A stretch of 64,000 bases of DNA from the NCBI GenBank assembly GCA_013265495.1, contig MU063496.1, positions 4,960,739 through 5,024,738 on the forward strand. Reading direction: 5' to 3'. The notes under the pieces were generated by a model, which did not search any database, had not been told where the DNA came from, and was given only the letters and a program-made list of their open reading frames with translations. The DNA comes from Vicugna vicugna. Its lineage: Eukaryota. The position numbers and the translations under genes are program-made. This document shows, in pieces, positions 13,194-25,345 of the stretch (within the stretch, counting starts at the first letter, position 1; every line of letters starts with the position of its first letter).

Positions 13194-13305
13194 TTTTTTT
13201 TTTTTTTAGTTATGGCAAAGCACGCGTAACATGAAATTTATCACCTTAACCATTTTTAGGAGTACGTTTCAGTCGTGGTTAGTACATTCACCTTGTTATG
13301 TGACC
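13194..13305 (-). mobile_element. L1M (L1MA/MB-like) 3' end fragment
   Basis: T-run followed by aacatgaaatttatcaccttaaccatttttagg...ttagtacattcaccttgtt. Confidence 0.7.
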
Positions 13306-13309
13306 TTAG

Positions 13310-13445
13310 TCTTTTGTACCCATTGTGCTAAAGCAGCACGTTTTATTAGCTCATTTAAACCTCAGAACAAACACCCTAGATGAAAGATGTTTAATCTTTA
13401 TTTTATAAATGAGGAACTTGAAATAAGATGAACTGAGGCACAATC
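13310..13445 (-). mobile_element. MIR relic
   Basis: attagctcatttaaacctcag...attttataaatgaggaact...aactgaggcac. Confidence 0.65.
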
Positions 13446-14400
13446 TAATGCTTTGGTGATAATGCTTCCATGCCTGCTCAGATCAGTATAGCAGTTACAC
13501 CACATCATCCTTAGTGACAGTAGTTTAGCGTCTAACCTCCAGTGGGCCCGGCAGTCACTCACTCACTCAGATCCTCAGTTTCCATCGCTTTCTTTAAGAA
13601 ACCAGAGCAGATGCATCCCAGGACCTCAGCTTGTAGGCTTCGGGTCGTAGGGGTGAGGGAGATGATTCACCTGCTTGGCCACATAGGAGTAGGCAGGCTT
13701 TAAGACCAGCGCTTCACAGCAGTCCCACCGGGGGCTGCTCGCTCGTCAGGGCCTGGCTGGTCAGAGCCAGAAGGGCCCAGAAGCAGCAGAGGTCAGTCCC
13801 GCTGCCCCGTGCAAAGGCAGAGGGACAGAGCCCGGTGCTGGTGGCGCAGGATGCTGTCCGCTTTGAGCTGCTCTAGGGTTTTAGGCAGGAAGGAAGGTAG
13901 GGGGCTGCTTCCACTGGCTTAAAATAAGGAAAGGAAAACAAATACAACACGCAGAACCGTTTCACCCCTTCCCCTCCACACTTACCTCCTCAGAACCCAA
14001 AAGGAGATTGCGTAGAGAGAGGAGGGCTGGGCCTCCCACCCTCCTCCCTGTCCTCTTCACTTGAAAGCGAAGTAATCAGCCTCTGAAAGCTCAGCCGATA
14101 CCCTCTGGGGCCGCCGCCTCCAACTCCTCTAAGCGTGCTGACATTGCTGTGCAGAGGCTCAGCTGGCCCGAGGTGAGGGGTGAGGGGTGAGGACTCCCCA
14201 GGTCCGGACCCTCAGCGCTAAGGTACTGAGCCACCTTGACCTCCCACCAGCTGCAGACCACCACGTAGGTGACTGCCTACGGGGTAGGTACGCAGACCCC
14301 CGGAGGGCCCACCTGAGGTGGCCGTGGCCACCCAAGTCCTTACGTTCAGATAATCCATTAAGAAAACACATGGTGTTTGAGGGATTTTGTTTGGGGGGAT

Positions 14401-15085
14401 TTTTTTTTTTTTTTACTATTTTTACACTAAATAATTTTAGACTTACAGAAATGTAGAAGTTCCTAAATTCCCTTCACCCAGCTCTCCTAATGCTATATAT
14501 CTTTTTAAACCATAGTATGAATATCTAAGTCAAGAAATTAACCTTCATATGATGCTGTTAACTAAATCTACAGACATTTTCGACGTTCACCTGTTTCCCT
14601 AATTATGTCCTTTTTCTGGTCCCGGGTTCATCCAGAATCCCACACTACATTTAGTCATGTGTCTCCTTAGCCTCCATCTGGGAAAGTTCCCCAGTGTTTC
14701 TTTGTCTTTTATAACCTTGACACTTGGAGGAGTCCGGGCGGGTTATTTCGTGGCCTGGCCGTCCTGCAGTTTGGGTTTGTCTGATGTTTTCTCTTGATTG
14801 GATTGAGGTCTTACTGTCTTGGCAGGAAGACCACGGAAGTGCTGTTCCTCCTTGGTGCCTCCCTTCAGGGGGCGTGTGAAGTCAGCTCGGGTCACTCAGC
14901 TGAAGTCATGGCTACCACATTCCTCAGCGTGAAGTTACTGTTTTTTCCCTTTCAAATTAATTAGGATTTTGTGGGGAGATGTTTTGAAGACTATGCAGAC
15001 ACCTGTTTCTCACCATACTTTCACCCACGATTTCAGTGCTCCTCAGTGCTTCTTGGCCCAAGTGGTCCTTGCCTGATGGTAAGAC
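14401..15085 (-). mobile_element. L1MC4/5-like LINE-1 3' end
   Basis: T-run, then ataattttagacttacagaaa...ccttcacccagct...ccacactacatttagtcatg...tttgggtttgtctgatgttttctc, characteristic of L1MC 3' UTRs. Confidence 0.75.
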
Positions 15086-16431
15086 ATGTGCTTTTAAAGT
15101 GGCCGAGGTGAAAGTCTGTGTCTGGTTGAGCTCGTCATGATCACTCATCTATTGTAGAAAGCGCGTGAACTGTGCCGTCTGGCAGGCCAGGCCGTAGCTC
15201 TGGGAGGTTTGGTCCTGAGGGGCCCTGTGGAAGTCAGACAGCATAAGGTCGGGAGAGTAGGTGGGCAGAGGTGATGCCCAAAACGGCAGAGGTGGTGGGA
15301 TCACGGTTCCAGCCCCATCAAGATCGTCTGTGTGCCTGCGCCTGGGGAGATTTCCTTAATGCCTCTGAGCTGCTGCTGGGTTTGTTTTTGTTTTTTAATC
15401 TGGATATAAAACATCTCGAATGATACGGCCCATAATAAGTACTTAGCAAATTTTAGATTTCAGTCTCTTCCACAGTTACCCCCATCACTGCTTCCCCCCA
15501 CCCCCATCCCCGCCCAAAACCAAAACAAACCAGTAACATAGCCCTGACACACAGTAGCACTGACTCCAGCACAGTCGAGTCGGGCAACTCCCTAGGAGCA
15601 GCTCTCTCGAGACACGGGACCCAAAACGGGTATGTCTTGAAAAAGCAGAAGGAGATCAGAGAAAGGAATCATGGCCACCTGAAATTTGGAAAGGAGGGTC
15701 CTGTGGAGAGAGAATCAGCAGGAAATCACCAAGCTTTGGAGGAGCAGGAGATACTCAGAAACACGAATGATGGGCCCGCAGGCGAAGACTGATGGCAGAG
15801 ACAGCCTTTATAGTCTCCAAGGAGCTCTTACAGGGTTCCCCTCGACCTGAGCTCCGTTTTTCCTTCTGAGGAGTCTTCTAAGTAAACTTACGATGAATTT
15901 ACTCCAACTGTATAGAGTAAGCACTTTTTAGAAGTTCCTTCCCCAAACTTCTGGGCCCTCGTCTCCCTCCCCCGCCCCCTTATCTTGGGCTCCCAACCCC
16001 ATGAGACATTCCTTACGCCGTAACTAAAGCAGAGCCCCACATGTGGCATGTACCGGGGAGGTGCCGCGTTCGCCGTCCCAGCAGGTATTCAGAGTGTGCC
16101 TTGCGCTTTAGGGCTGAGGGCGCTTGAGGAACCCGCCTGCCAGGGTGGCTGTTCCCAGGGAATGTGGGCTTTGGGAACGTGGCCCCTGTTCCCTGCCAGC
16201 GAGACGGCTGTAGGGATTTTAATGGTAGGTGTGCTGTCTAAAAGGTGGCAGCGCCATGGTGGGGGAGGCTGGTGTCAGGGCGGCTTCCCGGCATCTGTGG
16301 GGATGGCCCGAAGTATCTCTCACGGTGGAAGGCGGGAGCGATCCCTGTGTCAGTCCTCTGAGTGTCACAGAGAGATGTAACTGACAGTGTGTTTGGTTGT
16401 AGTAACAGAGTGCCTAACGGTGGTTTTGGCA

Positions 16432-16720
16432 GAGTATCGGTTTCCTGTGGCCACTGTAACAAATGACCACAAACTGGTGGCTTAAAACAGCAGGAGAGTC
16501 TTCTCTTACAGTTCTCTCCAGAAGAAAGAGAGCTAGAAGTTCAACATCAAGGCTCTGTCAGGGCCACGTTCTGTCCAGAGGCTCTAGAGGGAAATCCCAC
16601 CCCCCTACCTCTTCCATCTTCCCGTGGCTGCTGGCCTCCCTCTGCTTGTGGCCACATCACTCCCATCTCCTCCTCTGTCTTCCCGTAGCTCTCCCCTCTC
16701 GTGTGTGTCCCGTCTGGGTG
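16432..16720 (-). mobile_element. MLT1-family MaLR LTR (partial)
   Basis: gtttcctgtggccactgtaacaaatgaccacaaactggtggcttaaaacag...cttgtggccacatcactccc is the reverse MLT1C/D-type 3' half. Confidence 0.85.
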
Positions 16721-17409
16721 GAAGTATTCCCTCCAAGGCTGGTGAAGAGGTGGAACACCGTCCATCCGCACGAGTTGCTGAGATGGTGGTTGTTGCTGTT
16801 ACTGTGTGAAGTGGAGCCTGGACCAGATCGAGGGCGTGGGCTCCCTGGTCCATTCCATGCTCCCTCATCAGTCACACCCAGCACACAGAGTGCGACTTGC
16901 TCTGTTCACTGGTTTTGTCATTTGTTTAATCTTCATTTTCAAGTTTTGACTAGGAATGTGCCTTTGGTGCTGATGCTGGCGCTGCTCTCGCTTCTTCCCT
17001 GGGTGTAATTCTAGTAGCGAGCGGAGACTGTCCAGGGAGCTCTGGGGATGGGAAGTTCCTGTCATATATTGGGTCGTGGCAGGAGGGGAGGCTCCTAAAT
17101 TTGCACTTTGTTTCCACTCGTGCTTGGGGGGAGGCCTGGGCCACCCTGTCCCTGGTGGCCTTGGTCCTGGACGCTGCAGGTGGCAATGGCAGGAACTGAA
17201 ACGGGGGCAGTGAAGATGCTCATCGCATCTGTGCCCAGTCCTGGCTCTCTTGTCTGATCGGATTCCAGCTGGGGTAGCGGCCTGCAGAGCAGAAGAGGAG
17301 AGGTAACACCAGGGCAGGCAGCTGGAAGGGAATGTGAGTGTGGAGGGAGGTTCCCCACCTGGCCACACACCACAGTCACCCTGCACACTGTGACAGAGAG
17401 ACGCTCCAG

Positions 17410-17700
17410 CACTACTGGAGACTCTGACGCCGAAGTTTCCAGCTGGGAAGGTTCCAGGTGGAGCATAGGAATCTGTATTTGTAGAAGCACCCTTAAGGCT
17501 TCTGATGCACAGTTGGCCTAGTAGAGACACAAGTTCATAGGAAAGAACCATGACTTTGGGGTCAGGAAAACCTGTTTTTGGTGACAGCTGTGCCACTTTC
17601 CAGCTGTGTGTGCTTCGTCACTCAGCGCTTCCCCTCTCCTCTCCAGTAGCCTTAGATTTCAAGCCGGCCTGATACTGGCCTCCCAGGGTTGCTGGGAGGG
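17410..17700 (+). mobile_element. MER5-like fossil (about 17410-17530) followed by MIR (about 17530-17700)
   Basis: ggaatctgtatttgtagaagcacccttaaggcttctgatgcacag is MER5-like; gactttggggtcagg...tgccactttccagctgtgtg is MIR-like. Confidence 0.55.
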
Positions 17701-18704
17701 GGGATGACATGTGTGCACGTGGCAGAGCTGTAGCAGTGTCAGTGTCCTGCCTCACCCGGTGCGGAACCTGGCAGGCAGGCTGGCTCACCTCCTTCGGCTG
17801 TGGTGCCCCCAGCCACTTACCACCGATTCCATCCTCACCTAAGATTTACACAGACCATGGCCAGATTGTTATTTTAATTAACAGTGAGTCCTAAAAGCTT
17901 TTACTTTTCTTTTGGTTAAAAAAAATTTTACTTGAAGAGAGTGTACTTCTTATCTTTGGCAAATCATAAATTCTTGTGGTGCTCATGGTGGTAACATCTA
18001 TCCAAATGAAAATGTTTGCTTGTAATGCAAGTGTCATGTGTAATTTGAGAGAAATTCTCTTGTCCTTTGGCCTTAATTAACGCCCACTTACTGTAAACCG
18101 TTCAGAGACAACCAGCACCAGCCAGATTTCCAAACCACCTAGAGAGGATGGCACAGCCTTGCAGGGACTGGGGTGTGGCTGAAGGGTGGCCTGGGCACAC
18201 TCTGCTGAGAGGGCGGGACCGCCGCTCCCTCCGTAGGAGGCAGTTCTCTGGCCACAGGTGATGAAAACACGCAGCCCGAGGCGCGCACTCGGCCAGCCGG
18301 CCCCACCCGCTCCTGCCTTCTCTCCCGCCACCTTCGTGACCTCTCCTCCAGGTTGCATCTGCCCTGGATGTCGATTTTTAACCTGGTTTCACCTGGCTGC
18401 ACTCATCAGCCAGGGGCCCTGGAGTATAAAGTGTGATTTGTTTGGGGCCCTGCAGCCCTGCTCCCCGGCAGTGTCTCCCTGCAGCCTTCCTAGGGGTCAG
18501 AGCTGCCAGGGAGGCCAGGAAGGGGGAGGCCCCCCAGGGAGCTGATAGTCAGGTCTGTTTATTAACGTCCCCAGTTTTCTTCAAATGCCTCCTGTAAGAA
18601 CTGTGTGTGTGTATGCACGTGCAGGATAGGGTGAAGTCTGTTTGGGGTGAGGAGACACCATACTCTCCCTTAATAACAGGCAGCACAGCGCATGCAAACT
18701 GCAG

Positions 18705-18815
18705 TGGCTGTAGACCTGAGTCTCAGCCTCCCCGCCCTGTGACTTGTGCCTCAGTTTTCTCATCTGTAAAAAGGGTCATTTTACCCACTTAATGGGATCA
18801 TTTTATTAATTAAGT
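18705..18815 (+). mobile_element. MIR relic
   Basis: tgtgcctcagttttctcatctgtaaaaagggt is the MIR core. Confidence 0.75.
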
Positions 18816-21800
18816 AGGAGGAAGTGCCATGTCCAGGGTGGTGCTTAGTAGCTGCCACCTCAATAAAAATGTCAGGAAACCATGACAGTGGTCATTTCTC
18901 TCTTCTTTGTGCCCACACCTCAGCCAGGAGCTCTGTCCCTGGGAGGGAGGCTGGAGCGGCATTTCTGGCCTGAGGAGGGGCAACACTGGGCGCCCCAGGG
19001 AGCCCAGCCACAAACTCACGTGGAAGCAGCGTTAGCTCCTCTTGTGCACATCCTGGGACAGGTCACATGCAGTGAACTAGCAGTCACTTCTCTGCTGGTG
19101 AGGAAAGGGTGTCTTGATACCTAGCTTTTCCCACGACGGATGGACTGTGGCATGCTTGGGATCCCCCGTGCTGGGTGACACGCCGCTCGTCTCGCAGGGA
19201 TATGTTACTTACAGAGAGGCAGAGGCATGACTTTAAAAGACTCAGACCCCAGGTGGACATGGCGCAGCTCAGATTTTACTGAGCTCTGTCTAATCCTGTC
19301 TCTGAGGATGAAAAGGCCCTTCTGAACCTCAGCGTCAGGATGTGAACAGCCTGCTTTGTTCGGTCCTGGGTGTGGAGAAGGGATGGCGAGCAGAGCGCTC
19401 TGCTAGAACACCCCCCTGGACTTGCTGTCCAAGGGCCCTTGGCCACACTCCTCGCTTCCAAGAGAGCTAGAGGAGCCTGGAAAAGGCTGAACACAAGGCC
19501 TGCCGGCATTCAGACCCCCCCCCACCCCCGCCAAGGGCTGCTGCTGTGGAAACATGAGCCCCGGAGCCCCTCTGCCCCTTCCTGAGGCCGTCCCTCCTGG
19601 GGAGCCGAGCCCGGGCGCCCGGGCTGTGGCGGCTCAGCCCAAAGTGGCCCGCGGCAACGCTTCAGCTCACAGGGAAATGATTTCCTCTGCCTCATATAAT
19701 TTAACCTGCCCACATTGCTAAACTTCTCTATTACACATTTCTGCCAGGATGTCAGAAGAAATGATAAGCCTCCTTGAAACGGCAACCTCTACTCCACGCC
19801 GAGAGCATCACGCCAGGGCTCCCCGGCCCCCGCTCCTCCGGAACATTTTGGAGATTTTTAGCGTGGTCTCTCAAGTATAAAAAATACCCTGCTCCGTGAC
19901 CCCAGCCTCTTGTTAGCTGAGAGATGAAATCTTTTCTTAAGCTGACTCCCTTGTCTATTATGTTTTCAAAATTCAAGGTTCCTCTTAGACTTGGATGGCT
20001 GCCAAGGGGCCGGGCGTTGTGAGAAGGTGAATTGCTCCTCTCTCCTGCTCCTCAAGCAGGAAGTCGTTGTTTTCTAAGGTGAAGGGAGGGGAGGCATCTG
20101 GCACCCCCCTCCTTGGGCTTTGTTGACGTTTCCAGGCAGTTGGTGGGAATTTATTCTTTTGCCCCTTTTCCAGAATTTCTCCTCGGGGACCAACCATACC
20201 GTAGGAATAAACCCAGTAGCGAGCAAGACATCGCCTTGGTTGATGGGGCTGTTTTCTTGCTCGCCTGGATCACCTAGAATTTGTCGGCAGCTTCTCAACA
20301 GTGGGGCTTCTGACTCCAGAGGGGCCCGTCGAGGGGGCGGAGCTGTGTCCATCTCGGCACAGAGGACGTTGTAGAGATCTCGGGACGGCTGCCCTGATGC
20401 ACGGAGGGGAGGCGCAGGCAGATGTGGTTGCCTGTCCCCTGCCCCCTGCAGCTGCCCCCAACATGGGCTCATCAGAGACAGCAGAGTGTGGACAGCGGGT
20501 GATCCATGCATAGGACAGCTCCTGGGTTGTTTGGTCTCCCCTGAGGAGGGAGAGTTAAGATCAGCTTTGCTTTAAACCTGAAAGGAAGGAAGGATGAATA
20601 CTGTATTCCTGCCCTTGCTTGTAAACTTGTATGACAAATTCTAAGTCATCAGTCATGTGGCCTCCCCTGCCCCTTCCCTCAGTAGATTCTGAGAGAGCAG
20701 TTTGTCCCTGCATGGCCACTAGTGAGGGGAGAGTGATGTCCGCCGAGCCTTCACGAAAGCAAGGTGCAGTGTAGTTCCTGGTGGTCAGGACAACTCTAGG
20801 ACAGGCATCCAGGAGAAATGAAGGTGCTGGGATCCCAAAGCAGGAAACATCCACTCTGGGTGTAAAGTGCATGTGTTCCTCCACAGAGTTCCCGTCCCAG
20901 GAGTGGACATTCATTTACTTCAAACCCAAATCACCAGGACAGCAGCCAAGCTCTACAAGTCTGGGTTCAAAATGAGCGCTGGCTCATTGAAACCTCCAGG
21001 TGAGCTGTGTCCAGAGAAGGCATTCTTACCAGTGTTCTCAGTTACCTTTTGGGCACCATCCCACCATGTAACCTGAGCCTAAACTCAGACAAGGCACTGT
21101 TTGTTTTGCACAATACAGAGCCCAGTCACCTGGACTTCATTACCTGCCAAACTGAGGTAATAAACACAATGCCCCAATCTCCTTTTTAGCTCAGAGGTGA
21201 TGGGCAGATATTAGAACATGGACCTGGGGGCTTCCTCCGGATCCGTGGGGGATGGGCCACACTGTGGGTTCAGTTGGATTCTGTGTCACCTGAAGACAGC
21301 AGAGTCAGCCTGAGGGGCAGAAGGTCTCCTGGTCCTCATGGCAATGCTGGCCCCCACCCTTGCTGTTTCATGACCATAAGTCCAGACTTTATTAAAGGAA
21401 GATAAAAACTAATGAGAGGGGTTGGGGGAGAGACCAGCACTTAGCAAGAGCTCCCCCCCCCCACCCATGGACCAGGCTCCCTGCAGGTGTTAGTTTGTTA
21501 GATCCTCACCATAGCCACGTGGGGTGCACACGGGAGAATCGCCCCCTGACCGGTGAGGCTCAAAACCAGGATTAGAGGCAGGGCTGCCTGGCTCTGAAAC
21601 CCACCCACTTCCAGTGTTACTAGATCCTCTCTGAATTCCCCAGGAGTATTTGTGCAATGCTGCAGGAGGCCCAGAAGGGACTGGAGAGGTCAGGAAGGCT
21701 TCCCAGAAGTGGTTGCAGCAGAACCATATCCTGAGGGGTGCCAGCCTGAGGTGGGGGCTGCCTTGGCTTCCGAAGCGCAGTCAGAACCACTTACCCGCTG

Positions 21801-22319
21801 GGACCCAGGTGTAACGTACTGCAATTGTCTCTGCCTCTGTTTCCTTTTCTGTGAAGTGGGCTTGGAGTGGCCACACCACAGTGCTATAGTGTGAGCAGAC
21901 TTGGGGAAACTCCGGCTCATGGAATGATCCCGCACGCCCGGGAAGAACTGGGAGATTGTTCAACCTGGCAGCTAGTGAGCCCAGTGTTCGGAAAAGGAAG
22001 TGCACACGTGGTGACAGATAAGTCTAGGAAGTCAGGTCAGAAGGGACCTCGGACACCCACTGGGTTAGTTCAGCATTTTGGTTTGGTGGAGAAAAGGGAT
22101 GATGAGATTTTCTTTGCGGGAAGGCAATGGCAGTACATGAGGGCCAGAAAATCACTCTGAAGGGTTAGGGTACCTTAAAGACAGAAAGAGGGAAATCTCA
22201 TCCTCACGTGGCACGGCGGCTGCTAACTCCTCAGTTTCTGAAACGATGTCTCTAGTAATAACAATAAGAACACCTTGAATTGCTGCAGAATTTGCTTGCA
22301 GAATGTTTATATGTATCCT

Positions 22320-22740
22320 CCCTTTTAATCTTTAAACCACCCCTTTGAGGTGGGGAGGACACAGGGGTTTTCCTCAATTACGTACCACTGTGAGCTTGAC
22401 TAACTTATTCCAGGTTGATTATGGGCTCAGTGGTGGAATCTGAGTCTCTGCACCCCCACCCCAGGCCTCCCACCATTTCCTCCCACCTGCACATCCTATT
22501 TGAGGCTGTACGTCATTCTCTGCAAGGCACTGTGCTGGTAATGGTATCGTTGATAATACTAACAGTGATCGTAGGAACAGCTCTCGTTTAAACAGCACTT
22601 ACTTACTATGTGCCAGGAATTGGCTGCTGCTTTTACTTTGTTTCGTGTAATTATTATCTCTTCTTTACAACTAAGAAAATCGAAGCGGAGTGCAATCACT
22701 TATCCAAGGACACGTAAGGATGATGTGGTCTGATGGTGTC
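22320..22740 (-). mobile_element. Two MIR relics (about 22320-22450 and 22545-22740)
   Basis: acagcacttacttactatgtgccagg...cacttatccaaggacacgt and tttaatctttaaaccacccctttgaggt. Confidence 0.6.
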
Positions 22741-23019
22741 ACACCCTTCCTGGGTCTCAGTGGCCCCTTGGCCAGGTGAGGAGTTCTCTGTAATTTCACA
22801 CCGTCCTCCCCAGAGTCGGGGGGCAGGTGGAGGTGGGCGTGGTTGCCAGGACAGGAGAAGTCTGACCCTGCTTCAACCAGAGAAGCTTGATTTTTATCTC
22901 TTTCATAGGTTGACCTTTCTCAAAGGAGTTTATTTAGAAAAAGTGTTTTTCAAATAGCTTTAAAATATAGCTTTTCTAAAAGCAATTAAAAAGAAGTTGG
23001 AATGTTGGATAAGTAAGAC

Positions 23020-23135
23020 TCTGGCTGATGGGGTCGATACATAATAAAATGTTAAAAGGCCAATATTGGTGTTGGATATGCAGGTGTTCACTGTGAAATT
23101 CTTTCCACTTTCTGAGTTTGAAATTTTTCATAATA
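23020..23135 (+). mobile_element. L1ME-like 3' terminal fragment
   Basis: ggatatgcaggtgttcactgtgaaattctttccacttttctgagtttgaaatttttcataataaaatattgg. Confidence 0.7.
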
Positions 23136-24689
23136 AAATATTGGGGGGCGGGGAACTGAGTAGATCATTTCTAAAGGTCCTTCAGAATTTTTTAAAACCA
23201 CAGCTCCCTGTGCCTCTCTCTCTGTACCATGGTTGTGTCAGTGTGCAACTGTGCGAAATGTGGTAGATCCAGTCATGGTTGGATTTTGCCATTAAAAAAA
23301 AAAAATCTGCTGAGAAAAACAAAATCAACCATCAGTCACTTTTCTTCTCTACCTACCTGCTTCCAAATTTGGAAGTGACAGGTTTGGTTGGTCTCGGACA
23401 CTCCCTCAGGAAAGCTGTTAAAAGTCTGTAGTTCTCCAGGTGAAAGATGGGTTTAGGCATAAACATCTCCCGTTTCAGGGGAGCGAGTCATCTTGGATCC
23501 CTCCCTGGCGGAGGTTTCTGGAAGCGCTCCAGGCCCAGCAGAGGCACAGTGCCCCTATTCAGTCACTCTGGCAGAGCCTTGGGAACCAAGAGGAGAGAAA
23601 CACTCACCCAGTGGGATCCAGAAGCCTTTAGAAAAGCCCAGCGGAGGGCACAGCCTTTATCCTTGGGGGCCCGGGTGTATCGTCCTGGCCGTCGCCCTGT
23701 GTTCCGTGCATTCTCCCCTGGACTCTCCCTTCAGCGCTGGAGGGAGTTCGTGCCCCCTTGCCGGGCTGTGGAGCACATGCTGCAGTGCGCCTCAAGTGGA
23801 CTTTGTCCCACTGGTGACTAGAATAACCTTGTCAGCACTTGTTAGGGAGTTTATCAAGGAGTTTTGCCAAACTGGGATCAAGCAGCACACTGGGCAGCCT
23901 CTGGTGGCTGACAAGCTCGCGAACACCGGTTAGTTGACAAGAACTGCACTTGTCAGTCTTTTGAGGCCACGTAAGTGGATCTCTTGTCTTTTCCTCCCTT
24001 CCACAAGCCTTCGTCTGCCACTCGTCCACCGCTCCTCAATAGTCAGCCTGGCCTTGCATCCATGTCTCCCACCTTTGTTCCTGTGTGTTTACTGAGTAAT
24101 TAATCTCATTGTGCCGGTATGGAAATAGCCTAGTAACACACGCAGGCAGGACAAGGTGGAGAGGGAGGAAGGAGCAGGAAGACTGGCAGAGGGAGGGAGG
24201 GAGGGAGTAGTGTGCAGGTTTAATTGGTTCTTTCACCTAATGGTAGTTTGTCAATTAGGGAGATGCTCAGGGAAAGTGAAATTAATCCATATGGGTCAAA
24301 AGCAGCTATTAATTTTTAATCAAAACAAAATGTTCAACAAATTGTAGCTCTGCTTAGTACAAATGCAAGCATGCCGCCAGCCCCCTCCTGAAGGATTTGG
24401 GCACAATCAGCGAAAGGGGCGGGGTAGGGGCTGTTCATTTAGAAAAGATGTGCCTCCTCCTGTTACCCCTCCCACCCCCAAGTAAATTCCTCAGAGCCTC
24501 CCCCATCATGTCTCTCCAGCATCTGTGACAGTGCCTGACCCAGAGTATACTCAAGGATGCTGTGCTTCTGGAACTCCTTCATGCACATTGCTTTGAGGTG
24601 TTTCAGGGAGGTTTTAGTTATAACCTCTGTCCTCTAAGAACCTCCAGTCTGGTTGAGGAAGTATTTGTGATCCATTGCAGCATCGTTCA

Positions 24690-25345
24690 GGTAACATGTG
24701 AGCAGGTGCTGTGCAGTGGGAAAAACTGTATGAAGCTGTGGCGTTTGTTGGGCAGTCACTCTGTGCACTTCATGTAGATCAACTCCACCAACCTCTACAA
24801 GGACACAGTGGGCATCTTTTTTTTTTTTAATCCACATGTTACTGAACCAAACTTGCGCCCGCTCTCCCACACACTGGTAAAGCCAGTCTACTGACACTGG
24901 GTTGTGGAGAAGGAAAGTGCAGCTTTATGGTAAAGGAGAAGGTGCTCAGAAACCCTGAACTCCCTGAAGGGTTTCAGTGAAGGATTTTTAAAGGCCCAGT
25001 GAGGGAGGGGCATCCCAGGGAGGTGATCAGCTCGGGCACAGTTCTCGTGTTGGTTGACGGTGAGGTAACAGGGGTTAACATTATCAGTCCTTAGGCCTGG
25101 GGGCTCTGTGCTCATGGACATCAAGCAGTTAGCATTTCCATTTGCTGGGGGTTTCACATTTGTAAAACAACTCAGGAAACCGTCTTCAGGTGCTATTAGG
25201 TGCTTCAGAGAGGAGCTACTGCAGAGGATATGGGGAGGCGTCTGTCCCAGGAGGGCCCCATAGGGTCCTGCTCAGTTGCACCCATCTGAAGGAAGGTCAC
25301 TGAGGCACAGAGAGTTGAAGTAGCTTGCCCAGTGTCTCACAGCAG
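24690..25345 (-). mobile_element. MIR split by an LTR (halves about 24690-24836 and 25281-25345)
   Basis: The right half cccatctgaaggaaggtcactgaggcacagagagttgaagtagcttgccc continues the MIR core begun left of the LTR. Confidence 0.6.
24837..25280 (-). mobile_element. ERV1-class solo LTR (444 bp)
   Basis: Starts TG (tgttactgaacc) and ends CA (cagttgca). Flanks caca/ccca may be a 4-bp TSD with one mismatch. A poly(A)-signal-like ATAAA lies on the minus strand near the 24837 end. Sequence resembles laurasiatherian ERV1 LTRs. Confidence 0.75.

Noticed and set aside
7891-13341. miR-15/16-like AGCAGCACGT at 7891-7900 and 13332-13341
   Set aside because: Only the seed region matches; the rest diverges from miR-16 and no precursor hairpin is apparent.
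23786-23910. CTCF-like motifs (minus strand CCACTTGAGGCGC and CCACCAGAGGCTG)
   Set aside because: Both are one base short in the invariant G-run of the CTCF core.
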